DNA of 60,147 bases, the filler included. It is 8 parts of 8 records of this genome, joined end to end, with 100 filler letters (N's around TTAATTAATTAA, not from the genome) between each part and the next. Parts side by side here need not be neighbours in the genome. Positions count along the whole stretch, not along the records: positions 19,588 to 26,004 come from SRR2962707_5102; positions 26,105 to 34,182 come from SRR2962707_5103; positions 34,283 to 41,701 come from SRR2962707_5104; 5 more parts are not named here. One strand, 5' to 3'. The notes under the pieces are model-generated. The model was not told the origin of the DNA and searched no databases. It saw only the letters and a program-made list of their open reading frames with translations. Of this stretch, positions 23,001-34,989 are shown piece after piece. Both the position numbers and the translations under genes were made by a program. Position 1 is the first letter of the stretch. Every line of letters begins with the position of its first letter.

Positions 23001-25282
23001 CACTAGCATTTGCAACCGCAGCACCGTTGACAATAGGAGTCACTAAAACTGTTCTTTGTTCTTCTTCGTTCAAAAAAGCTTTGTCAACAGCAGTTGCAAC
23101 CACAGCACCGTTTCTGGTGGAAGTTGCTGGAATCATTTTGGTTGTTTTGTTTTTCTCAATAGTTTTGTTGCCAGCAATCGTAGTGTGTGTTGCCTGGTGG
23201 TGACCATCAGACCCTGTCTGCAATTTCACTGGTAACTGGGACGCACTTCCTGATGTTGATGTGCCCGTCAACTGAGTTTCGAGAATGATTTCGTCTGTCG
23301 ACCATGCCTTTAGTGTAGCCGCATTGCTTTCATCACCAGAGCGGTGCCTACCCGACGATCTGGTCTTCCCAGTGCCTGGTGATGTATTCACGGCGATTGG
23401 CGTGGCCAGATCTTTGATTGCAGAAACCTCCGACTGCTTGGATTCTGACAAACTGGCACCACTGGGTGCAATCCATACGTTGACAGTGGAACTGAACACG
23501 TCGGAAGTCTGAGTGCGTGTTACCGCAGCTGGCGCCGTCGGCCGAACGCCATCCGACCTTTCTGGTGGTGGCACGTTGCAACTTTCCGACATACCTTTCC
23601 TTGGACTAGGGTTGTAAACTGACTCGGATGGGGCAATTGAAGACAGAAAGACGCCAACCCTCGGCAGGGACAAAGGCTTGACAGAGTCGCATTGGTCCAT
23701 CGGCACGGTGGTGGAGAGGACCAATTCAGAATTTTGGGAACGAAAATAGTCTACGAGTGCTTGAACTGTCCACCTGAATACGCATTGCAAAGGTTTTGTC
23801 AATTCACAAAGTCGTGCTGTTGTTTACACGACAGCAACCACCACGCAGATTGTACTGGAGTTTGAGGTGATGACTTGCTTACCCAGCGTCATAGTACGCT
23901 TTAATGCTTGCTTGGTCGAGATCTGGAAACACTTGGCCGCATTTTTCCACCCATTTAATGACATCGGGTGGATCGCTGAAGTCTTCAACAAAGGCGGGGG
24001 CAGTGTCCCTTGATCCAGACCGGTCTTGATCGTTGGCCTTTTCGGTGTTCGCTTTCCGCCCGCCATTTGTAACCATGACTTGTCCATCGTCTCGCTTGTT
24101 GAGTGCCTGATTTGGAGGTCGAACTGACTGCGCATGGATTATTGGTGCATTGGCTGTCGTTTTTGCAGGCGCAATACCAGGCCTGAAAAAGACAGCAGTT
24201 CCTGCTGGTCCTTCTGCTGCAGAACGCGCCAGTAGATCCATGAAATCTTGCTCCATCGGCCTGAAATTGGCATTGCATGCAATTCACTGGTCACGATCAG
24301 TCTATTGCCAGAAAAGCGCGTCGCGACTACCAGCAAGCCCAATCAACAACACTCACTCGAAAACTTGGGCTCGTTTGGCAGCCTTGGGAAACTGCGATAT
24401 TGCTCCATCGGGGCTTGAAGAAAATGTCGTAGCAGAACAAATCTCGCTCCGTCCGAACGCTTGAGTTGGTGACGTTGCGTCTTTCGATGGACCAGTGGAG
24501 CTTGTGCTTTGGTCGTGGCTGTAGGCATCAACAAAAGTTTGATCACTTTCACCGAAGCTGGCTTCACTTCCAGCGTCGGATGCTACCGCATCTTCGTTTG
24601 TTACCGACACAGCGTGAGAGGGAACAGAACCAAAAGGCATTTGACGCATCTCCTCGCTGTCGAAACTGTCCGCCGGTGCTTCATCGTCGGAAAAAACTTC
24701 TTCGACCACTTGCGCAGGTGTCATGTGTTCCACCTGTTGTAGCACAGTTCGCCTTGTTTGTGGTGTTTGTGCTTTTGACGACAGCCGCTCCACCGTCGAC
24801 AGTACCATAGCGTTAACATCAATGTCAAATCCATCATCGCAATCGACATCCTCAAGCTGCTGGGAACCGGCTGAAAGACGGTCATCTTGACTGGGCGTGT
24901 TCAACTGTTGATCACACGTGCGATCCAAATAAGCTGACGCTGGCCTGGCAAAGGGCTTTGGAGTTGTCGGTTGAGATATGGTCACAGGGCCACCATCCGC
25001 CATGTGGAGGCTTCTTCGAGTTCGGCTGCTTTGACTCGTCTCGCTCGGGCTCTTCTGTCGTTTTCGTTCCAGCAATACTTGAAAGCGCTCATACGAAACC
25101 TGCAGGCGGTGGACTGCATCTGAAGCTCGCGATGGAACTTCGTAGGCTGCTTGTTGTACGTGCGCCAACCTGTCGTCGTCGATATTGTCCAGGTCCAGCC
25201 TAGCGCGCTCGAGCGATTGTGCTGTTTTCGTAAGGGCTGTGGCGACACCACCAGTGCCCAGTTGCCCGCTGAACTCCGCCAT
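20078..25282 (-). CDS. Large, mostly disordered multi-exon eukaryotic protein with an SH3 domain (about 22478-22713), a CUE-like segment and a C-terminal coiled coil
   Basis: SH3 pattern LCVVLHSYTHQRSDELDLCRGDLIRV..RSDGWSAG...GQRGMFPSNRV. Same-strand ORFs 24353-25282, 23879-24256, 20593-23802 and 20078-20446 are separated by intron-sized gaps. Joining them into one gene is inferred and boundaries are approximate. Confidence 0.65.
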
Positions 25283-26004
25283 CAGAACGCACTCAAGGCA
25301 TCGAGGGAACTCGCAAAAGCCTACATTTCCTCAGCAAGATTGCACAGCATTCCAAAATAATAAAAGCAGCAAATGCTTGGCTTGGAGTTCAGACATCACC
25401 ACATCTTTCGCTCGAACGCCTCGACAACGTTCCCCCAGCTGTGATTGCTGCCCTGGCGCACACAAACAAGTGCGCCGAAACACAGCACGGACACCGGAAG
25501 GGCGACGCAAACTGTTGTTGACTCGCCTGATGATTTGCTAGGGAGAAACACCACCACCACACACACATTACATACAACACACAACAGAATGAATCATTGC
25601 CCGTTAGTAGAGCCATAACAAAAGGAGGAGGAGGACGCTTTCGCTTGGAAACCCAGTGTACACAGACCATACATCACTTGAAAAGTTGTGTGAAGAACTG
25701 GAAAAAGCAAAGGCAAAGGTTCGTGTGAACTTCATGCGGACACAACCGAACCACGAACAGTTTCCGTTGCTGGAGTTCGCGTACCCTATAGCCTGTACAT
25801 CCGCTCTGCCACTGGGTGAGTAATATACAATAGAATTGCACGGACGTGCATGCGGCAGTGGCACACAAGCTACCAGGCGCCAAGAGACACACGTATTTTA
25901 CACAATACAATAGTATGCTAAATCTTGAAGGATTATCTCAATTCACACAACCGGATTATGGACTGTTGCTGAGCCAGAAGGCAACTCTGTATGGCGGAAA
26001 TTCT

Positions 26005-26104
26005 NNNNNNNNNNNNNNNNNNNNNNNNNNNNNNNNNNNNNNNNNNNNTTAATTAATTAANNNNNNNNNNNNNNNNNNNNNNNNNNNNNNNNNNNNNNNN
26101 NNNN
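26005..26104. other. Artificial contig spacer
   Basis: Same linker. Confidence 0.99.
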
Positions 26105-29100
26105 TGTTGGTTTTGTTGCTGTTGTTGGTTTTGTATTTGCCGCTGGTGCTGGTGGTGCTGGTGGTGCTGCCGCTGCTTCTCCGAAGAAACTTTGCCGACC
26201 ATTGCTGCCATGAACTCGTCACGAGAGACTATACCGTCGCCATCCAGATCCAGCGCCGCAAAAGCAGCTGCGGCAACGTGTTGAACATGTTGAACATCAA
26301 ACTCTTCTGGGTGCGTTGTGCTTTGCAATGGAATTACATCCTTCATAACAACCGGTACTCCATTGTTTTTCTCCTGAAGAGGGCTGAAACCACGTTGTAC
26401 CGGGCTTTGGGGAAGAAGTTCACGCTCGGACTTATTGCGAGGCCGCATCTGCAAGGACCGTCGAAACGTTCGCTGAATTAGTACTGCCGCAGCATCCTGT
26501 CGCGCATAAAAGGCCTTTTGCATGCGAAGCGCCTCCAGCCTTGCAGCGGCTGCTTGGGACTCTTGCCGGAGCTTTCGTGACAGTCGAAGCTGTTCCACAC
26601 GAGCCGACGCTAAACGGCGACGAACCAAGGCTCGGATATGCCAACGGCGCCGCAGCCATCGCTGTAGACGCATCGTATTAGCAAGCACTCGGTGTTCCCA
26701 AATCATGCTGGAGTAGCGCGACGGGGACTCGGCTCCGACAGACCGACGTGGTCGCCGATGAAACAAGTAGGTGTCCGCAATGCGTTCTTGTTTTTTCCTC
26801 GCAGCGTCAGTGATACTCGACTCATCTTGAGTGCCGAACAAAAATCGGGAAAGTTGTTGCTTGTAGTGTGACCCGCTCTTGAGCCGGAGAACGTGTTTAA
26901 ATTTCGGCGCATGAGGCCGCTGGGCCCGTGCTCTTCGATGCTCCATTTCTTTTTTTGCAGCGCGTCGGCGATAGTGCCCTTGCAGGCGCGTGATCGCACG
27001 ACGAAAGTCGCGAAATTGCGTCTGCGCCATTTTCGCACGCTGAGTGCTTTGCAGAACTTGAGCTGCACGGTGCTCGTTTCGAGCTTGATGCCTGTGCCGC
27101 TCACGCCGACGCCATGCCCAAGACCGGGTGCTTCGCTGCAGTACGGATACTGCGGCTCGTTTTTTTTGCAAACTGTCGGCGGCAAACGCTGCGTTGGCTG
27201 CACTACGCCATAGCGAAGGATCCTCAGCGTACATGCTGACAAAATCTTTCCCAAACGCTGCAACTCCCCAATCAAGCGTTCGCTGATCAACGGGCTCCAA
27301 GGACGCTTTGGCAAGCAAAGCCGCCGTGGACGTTGGTTCGTCTCTTAATGAATTTGACTTCACTTGGTCAAAAACAACCTGGGCAACCACAGCAGCATCA
27401 GCCCGTTGTTTCCCACTGTTATGGCCTGCAGCAAGTTCTAGGGACACGCGGTCAACTCTATTGACATCGCTATTGACATGGTGCTTGACAATGTGGTTGC
27501 GAAGTCCATTTAGAGCACGCGAAACATTGACCGAGACTGGAGCAGACGGATCCAGACCAGCTTCTTTTGCCAACGCAAAACTTGCTTCAATGTGGGCGAC
27601 CAGAGCCTCGCATTCTGCTTCCGACGGACCGCGTCCACCATCGCTGGAGTCCGATCGAATGCTTTGCTCCAGCAACGCGTCAGCATTCGCAACGAGAGCA
27701 TGCAGCGGACCAGCGTGAATATCTCCTCGTGCAATAGCCAATGCTCTTTTTTCGCGCTCTTGCTGAACCAGGGCTTCTGCAATTTGTCTGCGTTGCTCTT
27801 GTTCGTGAAGTGTAGCGGCTGCAGCCTCAGCAGCCTCAGCGACCTGCGCTTCAAGCATCTTTTCGTTGGTTTGTGCTGCAGCAGCTGGAAATACTGCTTC
27901 GACCCTTGCTTGCGAACGAAACCCAGCATCCTCTGCCACTTGCACAGCTTTCAAGAGACGCTGCTCGGAGCTCATGGCGCTCATGTCCGTTTGACACGCG
28001 CCCTCGACCGCGTCGTTGGCGGCCATGAGCGCCTGCACCAGTCGAAGGTAGACAACGCTCTTGCCACGCAAGTACTGCTTAATGCGAGTGAGTGGTGGCG
28101 CGCCTGAAACTGCAGTTGTTGCGTCCACAAAGTGTCGTAATTGAGCTTGGACGGCAGACCAGTCTTGCAGGCCAACGCTTTGGAGCGCTCGCGCATCAGG
28201 GCCTCCTCCGAGGGATGGATGCTGAAAAATGGCGTCTAACCACTCCACCAATTGATCAATTTCAAGCAAGGCAGAACGTTGGGGCGGCGCAAGCCTGTTG
28301 GCTGAAGGAGGCGATTGCAAACTCCGGTTTCTTTCAAAAATGTTACCGACACTGTTGATCTCGTCAAAAAGTCTTTGCCGCTCGCGGCGAGCGCAACTTC
28401 CCCGAAATACACGCTGTGCCGTCAATACAGCGTGGCGTTGCTGCTGCCAACGCTGGTGAGATCGAACGCCGCGAAAGAACGACTGCAGTCGCGTCGCAGC
28501 ATCGTCTTGCTGGCGGGGATTGTACCCGGGATGCTTGTCATTGTGCTGTATGTTTGAACTTGCAGTGGCAAGAGCGGCGAACTCAGAATGAGATGAACTT
28601 CCGATATCGCTTGCAATGTAACGATCTTCTATGATTTCAATCAGCGATTCGAGCTGGTCCTCAAGCTGGTCTGCCAAGGCCTGAATTACAGAAACAAAAA
28701 ACAAAACGTGAGCAAAGGCGCAGTCATTCCAACGAGCGACCATTCACCAGAAACGCACCGGCGCAAGGTTTTGTGCTTCGTCCCGCAAATCCCCCAGAAA
28801 GAGTTGTAACTGCAACCGAATCCTTTGCCAGTCTTTTTCACTTGTAATGCAACGTCCAGTCACTTGATCCTGGTGTGCGGCTGTGCATTGGGCCAGAGCG
28901 TTGCGAATTCCGCGAACAAAAATGGAGTCAGTGTCAGCCGCGGGAGAAAAATCGGCATCTGATTCATCTCCGCCTTTGTCGTTGTGCATCCTCACTTGGC
29001 GCGAAACTGACTTGGCATTGGCGGACGCTTGGACAGCCAGCTCGCGGGCGGCATGCTCCACGGGCTCAGTGGCAGCATTGCTCCCCACGGAGTTCCTTAA

Positions 29101-32100
29101 AACGACAAGTCGTTGCCCACTTGTCTCAGCTTTGGCTAAATAGTCTTTGATGATTTTGGTCATGTTTGCCAGTTGCGGCAGCAAAACGGGAGTTATTGCA
29201 GCGAGGCCATTGAGATCATCGTCACCCATCGAATCCGACGCCAGGAACTCGACCAATTGACCAATTCGTTTCAGGTACTTACGCCATCGCTTCTTGCTCA
29301 CAAGGTTGGCAATGCGTGGCTCGCGAAGCCGGCTGTTGATCTTTTTAACTTCGGCGAACAAATCTGCAGCAGATTTAGGTGGGCCATCCGGCCCACTTCC
29401 GCTAACCACGCCTCGAGGTGTTTGGACTGGCGAATCCGACAGCGAAGCAGCATCACCTGCTACGCGCATTGGATCAGGATGCACATGATTGTCTTCAATT
29501 AGCATGATCATCGCCACAAGTCGCGCTTCCAGCATTTCTAGCGCTGGCTTGGGGAGTGGCAGGGAACCACTTTGCACGGCGTCCAAATGGCTATTGAGAG
29601 CATTTTGATGAGGCAACCAGTCATCCGGAGTCATTGTTTCTGCCCCGGCAACTACGGCAACATGCGCTTCCGCGCAAAGCCGAAGCGTATCGTGCGCGCG
29701 TTCAACAAAATGGATGGCTACGTCATGGAACTGACGTTGAGCGACACTTTCTTCAGCACCTTCACCGGTGTGCTCACCAGCCTCGGAATAGCGCATGCCC
29801 GCCCGCCCGCTGCTTGCGTCATCGTCGTCAAAATCTCCGGAAGTGCTGGAATCGGAAGGTTGGCCCGTTTGCAACCGAGCCTGCTCTTGCTCAAGCGCAC
29901 GGACGCGCGCCTCCAAGAGTCGCACATGTTTGTTGGGACTTGCGGCGCTGCTGAGGCTAGCCGAATCGGAGTCTCGATCCACTTCAGCAGAGCCAAATCG
30001 AGCAGCATCTTCCGCCTCCTCCCCTGACATGCCCATGTGCATGTCCTCATTGTCGCTCGCAGCTAGGTAAGTTTCTTCAATGGTGCTCATCATGGCTTGT
30101 AGCTGTTCTTCAATAGTGTCCAGGGTTGTGTCTGGAAGCCCTAACCGCCCGCCAGTGTACTGTAGCGTATCAAGACTTGCTGACAACTCTTCAAGGTGGC
30201 GCTGCCACTGGTCGCGAGAAAATGTGGCTTGCCCTGCCTCGGCCGCCTCGTGGGCCTCAACACACGTGCGGAGCGTTGCAATCACGTTACGCACGAAGGC
30301 GGGAGCAGTAAAAACCTCATGCGAAGCCTCAGAATGTGATTCATCTCCCTCGTGTCCGACCCCCACGCCTGATCCAGTCGCTTCTTCCAATTTGCGAAAG
30401 GCAAGCCGACGCGCGCTCAACGCGCTCGGATTTGGTGCCCCCGCTGCTTCTTTCACACCCTGGCTCATCTTTCTTCGGGGTTTTGACTGCCGACCGTAAG
30501 TTAGCCGCGAAGAAGCGTTTTCGTCATCAGACTGATCGTCGTCTCCATCAGCTTCCGCATCGAGCTCGTTCATGTTCTCATCAAGTACGGTTTCCGTGCC
30601 AACAAAAGACATGGCGCCGCCGGCAAATTTCGCCAAGGCGGCAGATGTTTCAGTGTCCGACTGAGTTGATGATCCACGACTGCTCCTAATGTGCCACTCA
30701 TCTGTTCTGCGCTGAAGTTGCTGTTGGCCTTCTGTAACAAGATCTCTCGGGCGACTCCCATACTGCTCCCCTAAATTGTCACACAGCAGTGAATACGTTT
30801 CGGGGGTGCTTGCCAGCATCAACACAACATCTGGAACACGTTGCACCATTGTGGGGTCGTGTTTCCCGTAAAACTCCGTCAAACTGGCAAGCACCTGCTG
30901 GTCGAAAGGAGGCGGACGCATTACTGCGACAGCATCAATTGGCCGCGCGCCATATTGAGTCTCAAGATTCGCACACAGAAGTGCAAAGTTTTTTGGGTTG
31001 CCGCCCAGCATGGCTACAGCATCTGGAATACTCGCGATCATGCCAGGGTCGTACTGTAAGTAGAAACGGCGCAAACTTTCCAAAACTAGAGTGTTGAACC
31101 TGTCAAGTTGTGGAATGCGGCCAGAACTACCTTGCAATGGCATTGAATCACGTGGCAACGTGTCCCCAGCGGTGATGCAAGTGGCCTCATCATCTCCATC
31201 AAGCACGCCGCTAGCTTCCTCAGTGCCGCCGTCATCGCTGCCTGCATCCGCAGCGTCAAGTTCAAGTAGTCGCTGCCGGGCTGCACGTGCCACACCTTCT
31301 TCTGTTTGCTGTTTGGCCATTTGTGCTTGCCGCTGCGCTAAGCTCCGGGCAATTTCATTCTTGCGATATTGACGTTGTCGGTCGGCTTCGCCTGCAGCGA
31401 ACTGCCTTTTTTTCTCTTCAAGACTTTTCGCCAACTGCGCGGCTCGGGCTCGCTCTTGGACCTCGACATGCTCAGCTGCCGCCCTCGCCCACTGCTGTTG
31501 CTCCTTTGCTGCCGCCAAAGCTGCGAGCGCGACAGCCTTAGGTAATAATAATAGGCAACAAATTACCATGTCATCATACACGTCATCAGGGTGACACAGC
31601 AGACTGCAAGAGCGACGCATTACCTTTTCATGTTCCACGGCAGCCGCTCGAAGAAGCCTTCGTTGTTCTGCCAAAGCTTGCTTCGCCACTTCCGACTTTT
31701 GCCGAGCGTTCCTTTGCTCTTGCAGCTTGGGGCGCACCGTTCGTCGACTCTGTGCGTTTTGGATTCAACGAGTTTTGCTGAGTAAGTGATTGTTTTCCGT
31801 TGTTCAGGGGCCGTCAACAGCTGCAATCAAGCAAGAGTCACAATACCTGATGTCCACGAACTACTGCTTGGACACGCTTGGCTGCATGTTTCCGCCGCTT
31901 AAGAGGTTCAGTCTTCTGAACGCGGGTCAATTTGCTTCTAATGCTTGACTGTATGCGTACGGCTGCCAGCTCCCTTGCCTCCGCTTCCTGTTGGGCGCGT
32001 AGCATAGCCCTTGCTGCTTCGAGCTGTGGGCGTGTGATTATGCGCCCGTGGCGTCCGCGAAATTGAGCTTGAATTTTTGTAGCTGCACTTACTTGCTCAG

Positions 32101-34182
32101 CTGCATGCAGTTTCTCGGCTTCGGCTGCTCGTGCAGCAGACAGTGCTTGCTTGGCCTGAGCAAGCTCTTTCATGCGTTCCTGGTTGCGCAGTTCTGAGGC
32201 CTCTTGCAATTGGCGAGCAGCAAGCTCTTTTGCCGCTACTCGAGCAGCACGGCGCTCGGCTCTTCCAATCTTGCGGCCCTGATAACCCCGAGCCGCTGCC
32301 TGTAAGCGGACGAAAACATTAACAAGGCGAAAGATTTGTACTTAACAAATTCGTAGTTTTCCAAAACGCAGCGGTGTTACACATACCTGAATGAGTGCCG
32401 CGGCTAGTTCTCGGGACTCTGTCTCTTCTTGTTCTCGGGCGCGAGCTGCGGCCCGCTTGCTCCGTTCCAGACAAGACAACCGTTTCCGAACACCTGACTG
32501 GATGACGATTGACGCAACTCGCTGACGGGCTGCGAGTCGAAGCATAGATCGAACCTTGTGCCCACGGAAATGAGCCTAGAGGTCAATCAAAACAAGTGGC
32601 CTTTTTACGTGATAAAAAAATCAATGTGTGGGCACAGAAGTACGCTTCAATTGTGCAGCGCAAGACCGCACCTGAATAGCTGCAGCACCAACGTCCAGTA
32701 AGTGGTCAAGCTCAGATTGCTCGTTCCTACGCTTTGCTATTTCATCAAGCTTTTTCTTCATCGCCCGTGCATCTTTCGACAGTGACTGCGAAGAAGGGTC
32801 TGCGTGTATTTCGCTGTCTTGCGCTCCAACCGACATCGGAACCGCTGCAGTAGCGACCGGCACAGCCTGTTGCGGGAGCAAAGCTCGCGATCGTGCTTGT
32901 CGGGTCGCTTTCCACAACGCTGCCGGAACGTCCCACGACGTTTCATCCGTGTCCACGTTCCAAAAGTAAACATCGCCACTTGCCTCATCGACAACCTGCT
33001 GCCACGGCGCGACAATGACCAAGTCGTCTGGAATGGTGTCGTCCTCTCCGTCAGATGCCGCAGAAGAATCATGTTCGGGTGTGCCACCACGGACGGCGTT
33101 GTCAATTGCGTCCGCGATCCGATTTTGTTCGTTGCGGAGCGCAGTACTATTAGCATCGACGCTTCCAGAGTTGCGTTGCTCGTCAAGAACGTGCGCATCT
33201 GCAGTGCCAGAATCTTCGACAGATAAAGATTCTGCGTTTGTTAGCGCAGAGCTTTGCTCTTGTCCGTTTGTACGCTCAGTGTCACCGGTCTCAGTGGGAT
33301 GCTGTGCATGGGTCAGCTGCTCATGACTTGTACGTAACGCTTCGTCGAACTGCTTCGGCGAAACGGGTTTGGCGGGAAGTCGAGGACTTGGCTTCGGGTC
33401 GGGATGTTCTTGGCGTATGAAAACAGACTCTGTGCCACTCTCTCGAGTATTAATCTGCTGGCCATGCGTTGTATGTGCAGCTTCTTCGTCTGCTTTCGTA
33501 TGCTTGAGCGTTTCAGACGTCGACACTTTGCCTTCGTGCGGACGCGGTTGAGTTGTCACGTGCGCAGCCAGATTCAGCTCCTGCCCGTCTCTGAGCTCAG
33601 CAACCTCCTCTCTCGAATCAGATTGTGGCTCGCCACTTGCGTGTGCACATTCGTCAACGCCTGTTTCATCAACACATTGAGTGGCGCCAGCTTGCTCGTG
33701 CACATAGTCCTGCGCGACTCTCGATGCAACTTCGGGGTTTTCACGCTGGCTGTTGTCGTTGGATCTGCTAGCTTCCTCTCCTAAGGTAGAACCCTGGCGC
33801 TCGTCGCTTGGCCGCTGGTCACCAGAATCCGTGGTGTGGTCATCTTGCTTCGCAGCTGCAATTTTTTCTTCACCAACAATTGCACTCGATTCAAGCTCAG
33901 CGCGCAATCCATTTGTTGATTGGTCTTCATCCTCGTTGCTGTCGCCGGCGCCTTCCGACTTGTCAAAGTCAACGCCAGCAGAAACACGTGTCTCGTCATC
34001 AACTGCATCGATCTCGAATCCATCGTCGTCTGGTGTTGATTGCTCCGCTGTGGTGGGCGTTGCATGCGGAATTTCGTCACCACTGAAGCCGTTGAAGGCT
34101 GGCACTGCCTGTGTGGTTGTGCGTGACATCACGGAGCCAGAGTAATCCACCCCGCGTCGAATGTCGGTGGCAGGAACCCCCT
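26105..34182 (-). CDS. Giant multi-exon protein, partial at both ends, with a WW domain, many IQ motifs, coiled coils, internal repeats, an EF-hand and a poly-Q tract
   Basis: WW: PWQQVVDEASGDVYFWNVDTDETSWDVP (about 32925-33005). IQ motifs: ATKIQAQFRGRHGR, AVRIQSSIRS, ATRLQSFFRG, AVLIQRTFRR. EF-hand: FAALDLDGDGIVSRDEF (about 26200-26263). ORF blocks are separated by GT-AG introns. Confidence 0.8.
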
Positions 34183-34282
34183 NNNNNNNNNNNNNNNNNN
34201 NNNNNNNNNNNNNNNNNNNNNNNNNNTTAATTAATTAANNNNNNNNNNNNNNNNNNNNNNNNNNNNNNNNNNNNNNNNNNNN
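34183..34282. other. Artificial contig spacer
   Basis: Same linker. Confidence 0.99.
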
Positions 34283-34665
34283 CTCCCTCTCTCTCTCTCT
34301 CTCGCTCGCTCTAGGATCACCGCAGACACACACACACACGCACACACGTTGTGGTGTGTGTTTCCTCTCTCTCACACACTCACAAAGCACACGCAAAGCA
34401 CACGCAACGCACACGTAATACAGCACACGCAAAGCACATCTCACCACGCACGCGAAGCCCACACAGAGTAGGTGAGCATGCAACACACTATGTGCAGCTT
34501 TGCGTCGCTCAACTGCTTTGTGAGGGTGTTGCGTATACGTATTGTATTACGCACTGTGTGCGTACGTACTTCGCGTGTTTGTGCTTTGTGTGTGCTTTGT
34601 GCACACATGCTTTGTGGGTACGTGCTGCGTGTGTGTGCGGACTTACTTTGTGTGTTCTTCGTTCG
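34283..34665. repeat. Low-complexity region: (CT)n, (CA)n, then CAAAGCAC-rich and GTGCTTTG-rich halves
   Basis: Repeated cacaaagcac/gcaaagcac at about 34381-34440 and the reverse complement gtgctttgtg at about 34580-34620. Confidence 0.75.
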
Positions 34666-34989
34666 TGTGTGGCCAGGCTATGTCTGCTGTTGAGAGATGC
34701 CAGGGCGGCAAAAAAACGCAGAATTTCTCCAGAGACCACCAGAGGTGCAGTGTAGTCACTGACGCATCGGTCATGATTTTTCTGTGACAATACCAATACC
34801 ACGGCCTTGCTGTGAAATTCCGGCTGCAACCATCATGCTTGTGAAGTGAAGCATGACGGACAAGTAGCGGTTCAATGTCGTAGTCGCAGGAGAGGATTCG
34901 GGCTCGTCATGCCTCTCCCTCACACCGTTCACGATGGGAGCCTCCACAACTCATCGTTTCGGTCCTGGGTGTCTCTATTGTCGAGCAAA

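Noticed and set aside
25400-26004. Short ORFs at the end of contig 4
   Set aside because: No recognisable motif; could be UTR, promoter or a terminal exon of a gene outside the contig.
34235-34829. Cys/Val- or His/Thr-rich ORFs at the start of contig 6
   Set aside because: Translations of CA/GT low-complexity DNA, one running into the N spacer.
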